Shown: piece after piece, positions 1 through 13,550 of the stretch | How positions within the stretch are numbered: the first letter of the stretch is position 1 | How the letters are laid out: the number at the start of each line of letters is the position of its first letter | From: Eukaryota sp. GEM-RC1 | Lineage: Eukaryota | Assembly: GCA_040285855.1 (NCBI GenBank) | Contig: JAUFOQ010000013.1 | Location: 1,550,001-1,614,000, forward strand | Length of the DNA stretch: 64,000 bases | Reading direction: 5' to 3' | Made by a program: the position numbers and the translations under genes | Notes under the pieces: generated by a model | The model's input: the letters and a program-made list of their open reading frames with translations, nothing else | Databases searched by the model: none | What the model was told of the DNA's origin: nothing

Positions 1-1233
1 GTGGAGAAGTGGGAAAAGGAAGAGGATTAAGAATATCAATAACAATGTTGGGAAATAGATCAATAATGATTGAGTGATAATCCTCTAAAGCAACGACTGT
101 TCCTCCAATTACTTTTAAATTTGGAAAAATATTCAAATCCAGCAACTCATCTTCAATGTTACAATTAAGGTACAAACATCTAACCGAAGTCCAACATTCA
201 CCAGAAATAGAAACTCCATTCCCAATCGTTAAAGTATTTAAATTAGGAAAATTTAAAATATTAGTGACAATAATCTCAGTGGTTGGATACAGGGTAAGTG
301 ATTGCAGAGCAGGCAATAAAGGAATCCAGTCTAAATCTTCAGATTCGACACCATGTAAATTTAGATATTTCAAATTATTAAATATTGGAAATCCTTGTTC
401 ATAGAGGGAGGCTGCAAAAGGGCACGGGTAGATATCCAATTGTTGGAGATTTTCCAAGGACGAAAAGCCTGTAATTTGTTCCAAGTCACCACTAATCTTC
501 AGATATTTTAAATTTTGTAAATTATTCACATTAATTTCTCTTAATCGCCTAACATTAAAGAGAAAAAGAAAAACTCAACAAATTATTTTCAGAAAAATTC
601 ACCCTAGGTTCTGATACATTGTCCAATTTAAGATCGACAGTAGATAAACTGGATAGAGATTTAACGTCCTGTGTAAACGTCATCAATGTCGTTCTGTCAC
701 CAAAAATAGACTCTAGATTGCTTAAACGATGGATGAAGGAAACATTGGTCTTTTTTCTTCTTTAATCGTAGAGTTTTCACAGAAGGTAAGAGCTCAGTGA
801 ACTCCACTTTAGAAGCAACTAGAGTAATGGAAGTTATGGAGGAAGGAAGTGATTGGAATGTAACATCAGAAGTAGAAGAGTCAATAACAAGGGAAGTACA
901 AGAAGATGGAACTGACAAGTTTGGAATATAAGAAGGTGGTAGATCAGTGAGATGTACTTCTTGGATTATGGGAAATCCAGTCTCGAGGAGAGAAGGAACA
1001 GAAGAGGAACAACGGAGTGAAACATGGAAGAGGAGGAAGTGGTGAGAGGTAAGGTTATGTAACTCTTTATCTGTGACATTGATTGGGTTATTCTCGGAAA
1101 GGAATTGAAGAGTGGACCAAACGATACGATTTATTCGTTGGGAAATTTTAAGACAGGAGGTAATATCAGGAACAGAACGGTTTGAGCGGAAGTAGTGAAC
1201 AAACACCAGAGACAGTAAGGATTCTGGAATCAT
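1..1233 (-). CDS. Leucine-rich-repeat-like protein, runs off the left edge; one probable indel (~750) and one probable 31-nt intron (549-579)
   Basis: ORF 697-1233 continues in another frame as TNVSFIHRLSNLESIF...NLRLREINVNNLQNLKYLKISGDLEQITGFSSLENLQQLDI, an LxxLxxLxL periodicity. Confidence 0.65.
549..579 (-). other. Probable 31-nt spliceosomal intron
   Basis: GTTGAG...CTTTAATGTTAG. Removal restores the frame (AAT TTG CGA TTA AGA GAA). A homopolymer indel is an alternative explanation. Confidence 0.55.
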
Positions 1234-2062
1234 CTTCAGTTGTAAAATGGGATGTGCAAAAATCGCTTTTCGTTACCTAAATTTCATCAAGTACAGTAGT
1301 AATGGACCTGATGCACAATTTCGTGCACTCTATAATATTCAAGAATATATAAATTCGCCATTGACGTTGTTTCTGTAGAACTATGTAAATGGAGACATTT
1401 TTTCATGATGTTACCTATTACATTTAGTTGTACATGTACAATGTAGTCTGTTTTCCGACGATTTTAAATCCAATTTTAAAATGATTTTGTTTTTGTTAAT
1501 GTTTTAATATGGTTTTTGACGCCCCTTTTTTACTTTACAATTTCTGGAACTACCAAATCATCAATTAGGGATCACTTGAAGTGGACAACCACTTGGATAT
1601 AACTGCATGTACAATCAATAAGACGTTAATCGCGATGTAAACCCATCCAGCAATATTCGAATTACATCATTGTGCTTCACGGATCTACATATTTGGCGGA
1701 AAACAAATTGCATAACTTGATTTCCGTATTGTTGAAGTTCCGGTGATCTCAATTTACGACTATTTAATGGAGCCAAAAACAAAACAAAGTTCTAAACGAC
1801 ACTGCCCCATAATTTCTTAAATTTCTCGAATAAGTCTCTTTTGAGAGCAATACAAGACCCAGGAAAAAATAAAATGAGACCTACATTAACAAATGTTCAG
1901 GACAATCTTACATAACCCATTCGAAATGTACAATTTCTAATATTTTTAATCAAATTAAATATCATTACTCTAATAGTTAATAGATCATCAAATGACTTAT
2001 GTCAAAAGCATAGGTGCTCTGTTAAAAGTAGAACACTTTCTTCTTGAAATCCAGACAACAAG

Positions 2063-3113
2063 TCAGTCTAACTGAAACCAACCTAGGCCGTCAAGAATAA
2101 CATCAAAACAGAATAAAACGAAAAAATAGGCAAACGTTTGAAAAGTCAAGGAAACAGCTGATGCTGTGCTGTGATCTATTTTGGAAGCTTCACTAACTCG
2201 GTATTCCTTACACAACAAGTACCCAACAATAGTTGATGGTGCAGACATGTAAATGACCAGTACTCGGACCTCAGTGTTGGTCAGATTCATTACCAATGCG
2301 AAGGGAAGAATTAACAGTGGGAGCAAGATCATCTTTCCAACGAGATATATGATTGCAATCCCAAAATGTGGGTTTTTCCCTTTAAAGTCATGCAGACCAA
2401 GACCAACTCCAACAGAAAACAGTCCTACTGGAGAAACAGACCGCCCAAGGGCTTCAACTGTGAACATGATAACAGTTGGTATTGGTAACCTCAATATACC
2501 AAACACACTGCCCAAAGTAACTGCAATTCTAAGGTTAAAGCGTGGCAAACATCATACATAATTGGATTTAGTGCAGTTTTTATTAAAGCATACTTTACAG
2601 GCGAGTCACTAGTACTGGAAAACTTTTGTGCATAGTCCAAATTCAATAAAAGCAAGGTGGTTGGAAGAATAAAGATCAAGTTGAAAAATAGAGAGTAAAA
2701 AATGAAAGATGACGTGAAACGGTTTCTTTCAAAGAGAGATTCGACGATTGGAACTGAAATAAAAAAATGTAAAAGAACGTACCAGAAATTACAATGACAT
2801 TTCCACCAGTGATGTTCATTAAACCAGCTCCCCAACCAGACAGTGAAAATCGAAGTATAAAGAACAGTGGTGAGAGTAACAGAATGAGAGAGAAAGAAGC
2901 AAGAAAGACTGTTAACATAACAGGGATGGATCGTTCATCGAAGCCAATAGGAGCAATTGATCTGAATAATGCAGCAGGGAGAAGAATTTTGTTGAGTACA
3001 AATACATAGGCAATGAGAGAGTCTTGAGAAAGAAAGAAATGTCCAACGATAAAGCCTATACACAGAATGATAAGCAACGCTCCTGCGATCTCAAGTGTGA
3101 TGACAATGTTCAT
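2063..3113 (-). CDS. Auxin efflux carrier (AEC/PIN-like) membrane transporter with two 29-nt introns
   Basis: Motifs FVLNKILLPAALFRSI, NVIVISVPIVESLF, NPIIIAVTLG, SPVGLFSVG, GKMILLP and APS. The spliced reading is continuous. Confidence 0.85.
2529..2557 (-). other. 29-nt spliceosomal intron
   Basis: GTATGATGTTTGCCACGCTTTAACCTTAG. Removal gives the family motif NPIIIAVTLG. Confidence 0.85.
2754..2782 (-). other. 29-nt spliceosomal intron
   Basis: GTACGTTCTTTTACATTTTTTTATTTCAG. Removal gives ISVPIVESLF. Confidence 0.85.
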
Positions 3114-3259
3114 ATTGGAACGTAAACTTCTACAGATACTCTGACAACTATCTGACAAATGAACTGCTTACCATATAAAGCCTCCTCAAGTATCATTCCA
3201 TCACCCATTATGTATGTGAGCACATGGGTTTATTGTTATATCATCAAGAATTATTTGAC

Positions 3260-3500
3260 TGGAATCAAATAAAGGGACCAAGGAGTTTTAAATTTATTTG
3301 AAAATTTGTGTTCAGAATTTTGCAAGAAGTTTAACAGATCGTACTGGAAGAGTAAATTTGCTTTTTCGATTTTAAGGTCTATGTATAGAAATGTTGATTC
3401 CATTTTGTCCAAGTTGTTTGGAGGCAACTATTTTTCGGAATTAGATAGTTCGTTTGATAATTTGTTTTAATAGTGTTTATTTATTTGTACTTATCTTATT
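3260..3500 (+). mobile_element. 3' remnant of an RLE-type non-LTR retrotransposon
   Basis: Translates FENLCSEFCKKFNRSYWKSKFAFSILRSMYRNVDSILSKLF, resembling the C-terminus of ORF 45108-45818. Confidence 0.6.
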
Positions 3501-3569
3501 ATGTGTTTTTCTCCGCACATAAATCCGTTTTACCTAGACAATAGAGTATACTATTTGTTTACGTCAAAT

Positions 3570-4105
3570 CAGGGACTTGCAACAATTTATTGCAATAGTA
3601 TTGCTACAACATTTTGGGTCCCAATCAATAATTGGTCTTGGTCCAATATATTGCAATAAATTGGACCAATAAAATCATCAAACAGCACCTATGAAAGTGA
3701 CTAAGTTTAGATCAATTTTTACTAAGTATATCAACGTGATTGACTCAGACTGATCACATGGTAAATCGAATACAAACTTCAACAAAACCACCTTCAATCA
3801 CAGATAAAAGGTTCAGCAATAACATCTAGCTTATTTCTATCTACCCATTGGTAAAATATATGAAGTACAAACTGCTGCAAAGGATGATGAGGCTAATAAT
3901 ACTGTACTTTGATCAAGTCAATTTTCAAAAAGGTACACCTTGAAGAATTCTGAAACAATTACTCTTTAAAAAGTAGGCACATTTTACAACAAAGAAGTAT
4001 TGCCAATATATTGTTATTGGAACAATATTGAAAAATGGGTTGCAATCAATAAGCACTATTGACAATACCAATTTATTGCTATACCACTAAATTGTTGCCA
4101 GGATG
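3570..4105. mobile_element. Degenerate MITE-like element
   Basis: Starts CAGGGACTTGCAACAATTTA with a partial inverted match (TAAATTGTTGCC) near 4090 and CAATA/TATTG subterminal repeats. No TSD found. Confidence 0.4.
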
Positions 4106-4305
4106 ATGGCACAAAGACCACAAAAAAAATAAGTCGTCGGATTGCACAGAAATATTGCCAATAAATGTGTTTCAAAATATTTGATCGTCCTTCTTAGCAG
4201 AACCGAATTGTCTTTATGATTCTAAAGGCAGTTCCCACAATGATTTCAAAAGCTTTGTTATCCCTAAGTGTGTTTTATGAAGACAAAGCTTCAACAAGGT
4301 TCGAT

Positions 4306-4368
4306 TCGAAGGAATCTTGCTTTGATGACATTGAGTATTAGATCATCTTTTTTTATTTTCGAATAAAT
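4306..4368. repeat. Dispersed repeat, second copy at ~15972-16028
   Basis: Shared AGGAATCTTG(C/T)TTTGATGACATTGAGTATTAGATCATC...TTATTTTCGAATAAAT. Confidence 0.7.
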
Positions 4369-4987
4369 ATATATAAAAAATGTGTTTATTTATTTCCAAA
4401 CTTGACAATGCCAATATATCTATCGTTGGACACAACAATAACAATATATTTATTTTCGTCGTGAACAATAATTTATTTAAATAAATATATTTTTTCACAT
4501 CCTTGCATGTAAGTTACCTCGATGAAAATGTATAATTTAATCATACTAAATAAGGGTTCACCCTTAACATGAAATCAATGAGCTTTAAACATTTCAAATG
4601 TAACATCTCTGAGAACTAATCGAAATTGAATAAATTTGGGGCAATTAATTACATGTTTAAAAGTTGCAATGCGACGATGACTACAAACACATTCAAAATT
4701 GTCACGCAATTCCACAGAAAACAAACCCTTTGTTTTCAATCTAACATCAAAAGTTCTGTTGGTATTAACCAGAAAAGACGTACAATTTGTTCCAAAAAGT
4801 CAAAATTTTAAAAAAATGAACAACTTTATAATCATTAAAATTTCAAATTCGTTGAAAAAGTTGAGGTACTCTTCTACAGTAGTAGTCTATATCAACAACG
4901 GCGTATAGATCTTTTGGTCTACAGAATTGATCAAAGGGGACATTGGAAAGAGGTTGTTTTCATTCAAAAATGCATTCAATATTAAAC

Positions 4988-6171
4988 CTACAGTTCAATT
5001 TTAACTCTACGATTGACTTCTAACGCCTCTGCTAACGCTATAGCTCCATCGTCTCCAATATAGTTGTAATTCAAGTCCATTATAGACAATGTTGTGTTTA
5101 CTTTTAACGCATCTGCCAATACAATTGCCACATCATCATTAATAGACTTTCCACCCATTTGAATACTGGTCAGAGTAGTATTAACTTTCAATGCATCTGC
5201 CAATGCTCTAGCCCCGTCAGTACCAAAAGTGTTATGTTCAAGACCAAGATGAGTCAATGCAACATTTACTTTTAACGCCTCTGCCAATGCTCTAGCACCT
5301 TCATCACTAACAAGATTCTTCCACAGATCTAAACTTTTCAATACCGTATTCACTTTCAACGCTTCAGACAACGACTTAACACCTTCATCTTCGATAAAAT
5401 TTCGACCTAAATCTACACTTGTCAAGCCGGTGTTAACTTTCAACGTTTCAGCCAAAGCTTTTGCTCCTTCTTCTTCAATAAAGTTATACCTGAGAGAAAT
5501 ATGTGTAACTGTGGAATTAACTTTTAACAATTCAATAAATGGCAAAGAAATAGAAGGGTGGACGCTAACCTGCAGTTGTTTGATAAAGGGGAAGAAACAA
5601 CAAATATTGTCCAGAAACTCCATTTCTTTACGAGTTTCTAAATAAAGGGACAATCCTGAAATTATTTGGGTGTGATCAAGAATATCATCTACTTTAGAGA
5701 TTCTAGACAAATGTAAGAAAACAGATGACACCTCTGCTTCAAAGAGAGAGGTATAAGAACAGAGTTGAGGAAGATCTTCAGGTATTATAGGAAATGTATT
5801 GTCTTGGAAGAACATCTTAACTGCTAGAAAAGCAGCCTGAGAAAACTGTTGACTTAAGTAAGCATGTCTGACAATGAAATTGTACAATCCGTGCTTCAAA
5901 TTAAAGAGAGGTTTACGAGGATCATCGTGAGAAACTTCGAGAGATGACTTTAAGAGAAGTTCAAGTAAGTGACGATGGATCAAGATTAAGAGGGACTGAT
6001 GGAATCGGACATTTTTGTTACTTTGACAGGACTTTTTGAGTGATGGAAAAGTGAAGGAATGTGAGATGAGAGTCTAGCTGTGTACAATCCCCTGTTTGTC
6101 ACTACAGAAGTCTGGTTCCTTTGTTTCTTCTTTAGTTTAGGATCAGTGTAGGAAACTTGTCTTGGAGACAT
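4988..6171 (-). CDS. NLRC3-like (RI-type, 28-aa) LRR protein
   Basis: Repeated ALAEALKVNTxLTSxDLxxNxIxDEG. The N-terminal ORF 5986-6171 is joined by a probable 1-nt deletion near 5992. Confidence 0.85.
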
Positions 6172-6463
6172 TTATCAAAAGAAATCGTAAAATTATCTTC
6201 AATAAAGTGTTATCCTAACTGCCATGTATCTATCACTAAAGCCTCAAATCCCTTCAATGTTTAGATCATATTTTCAGTTGAAATCTACTGAAACAATCTA
6301 GCAAACGGATATGTCTGTATCTAAATCAACGGTAAATTCACCAAACAGCGTTAAAGGTTAGGAAAGGAGCACGGTCAGAAACAAAGAGAACAGACTCAGT
6401 TCTACTGTCATGTTTGTAACTCGAAATCTACATCACACTCAAATTCCATATTTCCCCACTCGA

Positions 6464-7755
6464 ATGACACTGCTATTGGTCTTCAGTGTCTTCCTTGTTT
6501 CCACACTTGCTTTGTCAGATGTTGGATCTTTTTGGACCATTAATGATGTCCATTATTCAGATCATTATCGTCAAGGATCGGATCCCAATACTGCTTGTAC
6601 CAGAGGCCATGGTTCCGCTGGGAAGTTCGGTAATCTACAATGCTGTGCTCCTAAACCACTTCTCGATTCTGCTCTAGAATTTATGGCTTCTCTTGAACCC
6701 AATCCTGACTTTGTGTCATTTCTTGGTGATCTAATGCCACAAACTGGAACCCTGAAAGAGACTGACTTCAAAAAGAAGACATTAAGCCCTTTATCAAGGA
6801 CTTTACCGATCTTGTCCACAAAGCATTTCCCAATTCCCAATTTGTTCCAGTTCTGGGCAACCATGACATTTTACCTGCTTTCCAATTCTCCCCACTCACT
6901 CGCTATATCTACAAGGATTCATTCGAAGCCTGGAAAGATTCCATTCCCAAGGAATACGTCGAGGACTACCTCCACGGTGGTTACTACAGAGTCGATCTCA
7001 CACCTTCCTTATCCCTGCTAGTTCTCAACACTAACCTCTACTTCACTTTCAACGCTGAATCATTGATATTCAAAGATCCCGAGGGACAATTCCAGTGGAT
7101 AGAAGACCAAATGCACAGGATCATTGCTGAGGACCGTAATGTCCTCGTCATTACCCACATTCCTGTAGGTACAATCGAAAGTAATGGTATAGGTGAACAT
7201 GGAGCTATTCCAAACATGTGGCCCCAGTTTAACCATCGTCTCTTAAAGTCTCTTCAACCAGGAGTTGATAGTGGTCGTGTGAAGGCTTTGTTTGCCGGTC
7301 ATGAACATTCAGACGCAATGAGGTTGTTGTGGAATGAAAAGGAGAATAGTCCTGGAAGTGTCATGTTTGTCTCTCCCTCCCTTACTTACACTGAGAATAG
7401 TTTCTATTCAGGTAATAATCCCGCTGTTCGGTTGTATAGGTTTAATAGAACAACTGGAACAATATTAGATTATGAACAATACTATCTGAATGTATCTGTA
7501 GCTAATGAGTCCGAAGTAGCTGAGTGGAAGTTGGAGTACAGCGCCAGAGATGCTTATAAGGAGAAGGATATGTCAGCTGAGTCTAGTTACAGGATTTGGA
7601 AGAAGTTGACGGTGGATTCTGAAATGATGGCTCAGTATGTGAAGAGGAATACTGTTGGTTTGGGTCATGTTAAGCTTAATCACAAGGTTGTTGTTAGGCA
7701 TTTGTGTAGTTATAGATATGCTCATTTGACTGAGTTCTATACCTGTAAGATTTAG
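6464..7755 (+). CDS. Secreted acid sphingomyelinase-like (SMPDL3-type) metallophosphoesterase
   Basis: Signal peptide plus DVH, GD, GNHD (in the shifted frame after the A-run at ~6770), HIP, AGHEH and NNPAVRLY motifs. Confidence 0.9.
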
Positions 7756-7939
7756 ATGATGTGTTGGTTATTGTGTTGATTGTAAATTGTTGTATATCTG
7801 ACTTGTATAATACTAACTGTTTTTAGTCCGTATCGATATAAGGACGTGTTTTGCAAAACCATATTAATAATCTCAACAATTAAAAAATAAGAAATAACCA
7901 CTCTTAATTCAAAAAGGCACAACAAAATTGTATTCCATC

Positions 7940-8225
7940 CCTTTGTTGTTTCTAGGTGTGGGAATTTTGGTTCTCATACAAAGGGTTTTTTTGAGTAATG
8001 TTTAAAAATTGTGTCTTGATTTTAGGAAGAAATTTAACACATTGTTTTGGCGGGATAGACTTGCTTTTTCGTCATTCAGGTCGATGTACTTCTATTTTGA
8101 CGGGATTTTGGCCAAGTGATATTGTACAATAATTTCTGTAGATTTGGGGAATCCATGTAGTTCTTTTATTTAGTTTGTGTTTTTGCTAATGTTTTAGACA
8201 TGGTTTTTGACCATAAAGCCCCCTT
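7940..8225 (+). mobile_element. 3' remnant of an RLE-type non-LTR retrotransposon (tail also at ~1490-1530)
   Basis: Degenerate KKFNTLFWRDRLAFSSFRSMY. The tail TTTTG(C/T)TAATGTTTTA..ATGGTTTTTGAC is shared with ~1490. Confidence 0.55.
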
Positions 8226-8387
8226 TGATCAATAATCTCTTTAAACGAAAAATGTGTCCTAAATTTTTGTCAAATTCCTGGACTCCAGACAAAAGTGATA
8301 CTTGCTTTGTTGTCATTTGATTCGCACCATGGCAAGGAAAATAATGGTGAAGTAAGAAAAATTTTGTGCTCAATAATTTTCTGCCTT

Positions 8388-11300
8388 ATGAATGATGTCA
8401 ACTGGCAACAAGATTACGAACGTCTCCTTCAACGTGAACAAGAACGTGTATCACAAGAGTCTCAACTCAACTCTTCAATGATATCACAATACCAAGAACT
8501 CTGTACAACCAACATCTCAACAGAATCCTCAACCAAAAACCAGTCCCTAGACAGCAGTATCAAAAAGACAACAGCCTTTGTACGTCGTCTGAAATCTCTA
8601 ACTTCTGACTCCTTCCCCTCACTTATTCAAGACGCCAAACGTCTCAATCTCTCAAAGTTCGCTGTTGAAGTTGCCTCTTCCATAGGCACTTCTAAACTCA
8701 ACCATAAGAACCGTTCAGACTTCTCCCAATGCACAACTCTTTGCTCAATCCTTCACCAGTACTATGCTGCCTTCTCCCCTGAACTTCTCTCACATCTTCT
8801 TACCTCCTCCTTCTCTGTACCTTCCTTTGCTGACATTAAGTCACTGCCTTCATTGAAATATCCCATTCCAGCTTCTTTTACTAGAGTTGACCCTAATCAA
8901 AGAAGAGCCACTGTACGCTTGTTATTTGAGCTCTACTCTGCCGGAATCTTTCCTCCATCTAAAGTTGATGGATCAATAGTTTCTGTTTTAGAGCGTATGT
9001 TTTACGAAGATTCTATTGAAGTCAAGGGAATTCAGAAGATTGAGATCTCTGCTCGTGGTAAACCTGGAGCCCCTGGCAGTGACAAGCAATTAGTTGATGC
9101 AACCTCTGCAAGTTGTTTGTTTAACCTACCTACGTTTATGGTAATTATTCGAAGTTTTGGAGATTTTGGCAAATTTGAATTATTTCGACATGTTTTGTCG
9201 GAATCTGAGTATTCTCAGTTATTAAACATTGTTGATAATTATTCAAAGATGCTGATTGATTTCGCAAAACATTCGATTGCTGTTTTTCTTCGTGTTTCTA
9301 CTGAGAATGACGTTTTTGTCGTTCAAAAGGTAGTTTATCAGAAAAGGAGCAGACAAGAGCAGATGTCCTGAAATCAAGAATAACACGTGTACTATCAGGA
9401 CTTTCATTGACTTCTATCAATTCATCAATCAAATTTGATGTTGCAGAAATTCCCACCACTCTAGAAACGGAAGAAGAAGAAGAAAAATCCAAAATTCTAA
9501 TCCAAAATGATTTTTCCACTGAAAACGACTCTGAATGGGGTCCATTCGATTCCTCCGAAACTAGAACTTTCTACACTGTCCTACTCCCACTCAGCAGCAT
9601 GCTCCCGACTGGCATCACGTCATCTGAGTGCGAGAAGTCAAAGGAAGTCAAGGAAGAAGTCGATGCTGACGAAGCACCCTGTGTTTCCGACACTCTGTCA
9701 GCTCTCCTTAACCAACTACCAGAAGCTTTCTCTGCTGAACGCTGTGATGCTCTTACCCTAGACATTGCTCTAGTAGTTTGTCGTTCAAGGGCCAAGAGAA
9801 AGAGAGTTGCACTGGAACTCTGCCATTTCCCCAGTAACAAACTCTCTGTCGCTCCGTTCTTTTGCCAGGACAGTAGCCACTCTGTCTACTGTTTTCCCTG
9901 ATATTGGGGAGATTGTCTTGGACAAAATGATTGGATCGTTTGTTAAGTATTCTAAAACTGCCTCTCAAACAGTCAAATCAGGCAACTTCCTAATTCGAGA
10001 TGCAGCGTTACTAGGAGAACTTGCTAAGTTCACCATTGCTCCACCTTCCTTTGTCTTAAAATGTCTTGGTAAATGCCTCTCCAAGTTCCATCATCACATG
10101 ATCTCCGCAGCATGTACCCTCCTCGAAGGCTGTGGGCGTTTTCTTTACCACAATGAGCACGTCAGACCTTACCTCCAAACAATTCTAGAACGACTACAGA
10201 AGATCACCCAGCATCGAATTCTTGATGATCGAATGAAGTCAATGATTAGCAACGCCTTCTTTTCATGTGTTCCTCCTGAGAAAGCTACTGTTGAGCAGAA
10301 TTCATTGACTACAGTGCAACGGTGGATTGTGTATTCTGTGTCAAACTGTTTTAAGTCACCTGTACGATCAGCGGAATCACTAAGACGAATTGATTGGACA
10401 GAAGAGGAAACCGAGTTCGTGATTGAGACTGTGATTAAGTCTACAGTTCTTTTGGGTCATTTACGGTTATATTCACTTGCTAAAATGGTGTTGTCAATTG
10501 GAGATAGAAGGCCAGACATTCTGGTTAGAATCGTTGATGACGCGATGGATGCAATCAAACTGGGATTGGTAATTGGTGATGGCAGTCGTAGGCAACTTCG
10601 ACTCTCGATTGCTCAATTTTTAGGAAATTTAGCAAATTTGGGCGGAATGTCGTACTTTACACTCACAAAACTTGCTTCAGAATTGATTTTCCACTGCTCA
10701 GGCCCAGATACAATCAACGGGGTCAATATGGATAATTTCAGGGCTCTCCTGGCTCTTTCTTTAGTTCGACCAATGTTTCCATTAATTTATAGAAATTTAA
10801 AAAAGCAATATTCTCGAAATCCACCTTTTAAGAAGTCAGTTTTGAACCATCCTATTACTATAGTTGTTTTGTACGTTCAGTTTTACGTTTACAAGATCGT
10901 TGATGCGACTGGCGAGATTTCTTCAGAAGTCATTTGTTTATTGGATGACTGTATTTCAAATTTAAATGGATATCCCCAATATTCAAATTTGTCTGAATTA
11001 ATGGAAATTCTCCAACAAGTTAAACCTGCCGAAAATGAACCCGAAGATCAGAATGTTCACTTGTCTGATCACTCAGAAGTCGAAAACGACCCTGGTGACG
11101 TTTCCGATGACCCTCAATCAAATCACGACTCTGATGCAGAACACTTCTCGTCAGGGTCTGATTGGAGTGCACATGAAGCTGAGGAAGAGGAAACAAATGA
11201 CGATCCCAGTCAATCAACAGACGAATTCGAACAAGCACTTAAAGCCATTGTTAGCGAGTCTATAAGTAGTTCTTTTTCTGCACAGTCTATATCAAAGTCC

Positions 11301-11573
11301 AACTTTGATGTTAATGTTCCTTTGGTCAGAAAGCAGGAGGATTCTCTTTCTCTTGGACAAAGTGACTTTAAGGTGGTGAGATTGTTGAGAAGTTCGAAGA
11401 AACCGGGTAGGTTTGATTCTAAGTCTATTGTTGTTCCTGCTCATTCTCTAGCGTTTGAAAAGAAGCAGGATGATGCCCAAAGGGATCATGATGAGTTGAA
11501 AAGGGCGATTCTGACCCAGGTAGAAACTCAAGTCAAAGAGGATAGTCGAAAGCAATTCTGGGTGAAGATTTGA
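8388..11573 (+). CDS. UPF2: Nonsense-mediated decay factor UPF2 (MIF4G domains), two single-base indels (~9328, ~9862)
   Basis: LDSSIKKTTAFVRRLK, LNLSKFAVEVASSI, GPFDSSETRTFY, PFFARTVATL, LGELAKF, ACTLLEGCGRFL and an acidic C-terminal tract. Confidence 0.92.
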
Positions 11574-11845
11574 TTGCTATCATATTTGAAAGACGTTATT
11601 TTTTGAACGTTTTATCATTTTATTTTGAGTATTTTGTGTATATTGATCTTTGGGAAAGAGATCTTGGTTTAGTTTTAGTATAAGTTTTTATAAAGGAAAC
11701 AATCTTTTAGTCTCTGTAGTACATGTATATCATCTGAATGTCAAAATGGATATGTTCAAAGATTCAAATATTCAATGATTGCAAATATTGTTGCTTCAGT
11801 TGTTATTGTTCGTTCTCAACACAAAAGTTCAATTACTTTGAGGTT

Positions 11846-13189
11846 TTAAAATGATTGTATAGTACCAATTACCATAATAACTATTCCAACTCCAACTGAC
11901 ACGTAGCAAAAGAAGACTTCTAAAGAAGTCAATGATAATCTAAATGACAGTTTGAGTGCCAAAACTGGAGGGAAAATAAACACAATGTACGATCCACATA
12001 CACTACCAAACAGACCAAGAATTGACCCCAGCTGTAGCGAAGTGGAGGACAGAATAAAGGTAAACCAACATAATCCCACCGTGCACAGCAATGCCTTGTC
12101 AAAACCTTTTCTTTTTCTCTTCTACAACAACTTCCTCTTCTTCATCAATATCCACAACGAAACCTGACACATCTGACAAGAATGCTGAGGACATTGGGCT
12201 GTCTGTTCTAGCTGATCCTCGTTGATGAACTGAACCAATGAAAGCAGTGGGATTAGCAGTTGGTTGATCAAATGAAGTGGAAGTACTTCGGAGGGAGGGA
12301 AACAATAATGACATTAATGATTCCTTGGCACAGTGAAGTAGCAATGGATAAGAGGCTATAACAAGGAGAGAAACACCAAGGTTTAACAATTTGGTTATCC
12401 AAAGAGATGGGTCTAGGTTTGAGAGAATATTGGAATCTAACTTGTCACCAAACACAATAAAACCAGAAATGCCAAGGGTTGAAAGAAGAATAATTGTAAA
12501 TAGAAAAGAAAATTTGGAAATTTGCAACATTTTTCCTACCGATTTGTTGTCTAACTCGTGGTAAAGTGCAAGACCTCCAACATGAATAGCAAAAGCAAAT
12601 GAAAAAATTCCCAATCCTATGAAGAAGTTTCCAAATTCAAATAATCTCAACCCTTTGAAAATTTCCGAAATATCCTCTTGAAGAAACATCAATACAAAAA
12701 GGTACATCACCCTAAAAGTTAGAGCAAATACCACTAAAATAGCACAAGATGAAACATATTTTAGTGACTCTAGTGACTTTGTACAAGAAAGCGGTAACAA
12801 CAACAGCAAGTGAATTGCAATTGAAACAAAAAATCGGTCTGGTGGACTTCCGATGAATTCTTCGTACATCACGAGTGTGTTGTCAGTCGCCACTACAGCA
12901 TAGGCAATTATGCAACCAAGGGAAAATAAAAAAATACAGATACTGGTAATTTTCCCAAAGATTCTGCCAGAAAACACGTGGTCTGTTAGATGATTGATGT
13001 CTTTTCACTGAATAAATCAGCAATTATTATGAGCAGTTTGAAGGTGAACATGGAGAGGAAGTAGAAGGCGACGGCTGTACAGAGGCCTAGGAGGACTCCA
13101 TGATAAGCGAAAGCTGACGCGATACCAAGAGTTGAAACACCCAGCACTAGATTGATTTTGTTAACAAAAGTTGTCAACGGGGAGGCCAT
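11846..13189 (-). CDS. Amino acid transporter, AAAP/SLC38 family, two indels
   Basis: NLVLGVSTLGIASAF, KSLESLKYVS, FAFAIH, SNILSN, SYPL and LGLFGSVCGSYIVFIFPP. Confidence 0.88.
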
Positions 13190-13414
13190 TGATCTTCGCA
13201 CGTTGAGATATCTGGAAAAAATAACGGCAAAGGTATCTTGAGACCGGTTGCAAAAACAACAATAATGCCACTATAGCAACTGAATCAGATCGGAGATGTA
13301 CAATATGGTGGTCAATTGGATCGAAATTGAAAACCGAGATGCAAAAAATCATTATCCTCAGGGTATTGTGTTATCACATAGAAAGTTTTGTTGTTATACT
13401 GGAGACTACGTGTA

Positions 13415-13550
13415 CACCAATCGGTTTAAATAGTCTGGACCAGACTAATTCTTATAAAGGTTATGAGACATCATAAATAAGAAATAGTCTGGGTCAGACT
13501 ATTTCTAGTCCATACCAATTCTTTATCCAGACTAATTAAACCGATTGGTG
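13415..13550. mobile_element. 136-bp MITE flanked by TA (Tc1/mariner-like)
   Basis: TA-CACCAATCGGTTTAA ... TTAAACCGATTGGTG-TA, with internal TAGTCTGG/CAGACTA repeats. A related remnant lies at ~49685-49745. Confidence 0.8.

Noticed and set aside
2169..2197. Another 29-nt GT..AG segment in the AEC gene
   Set aside because: Removing it destroys the frame encoding the final TM helix (ASAVSLTF).
4277..4310. GGTTCGATTC tRNA T-loop-like motif
   Set aside because: There is no flanking T-stem or cloverleaf.
12099..12110. Euplotes-like stop-dependent +1 frameshift (TTT TGA)
   Set aside because: It is an isolated case, the shift point is ambiguous among adjacent A runs, and most other shifts have no adjacent stop.
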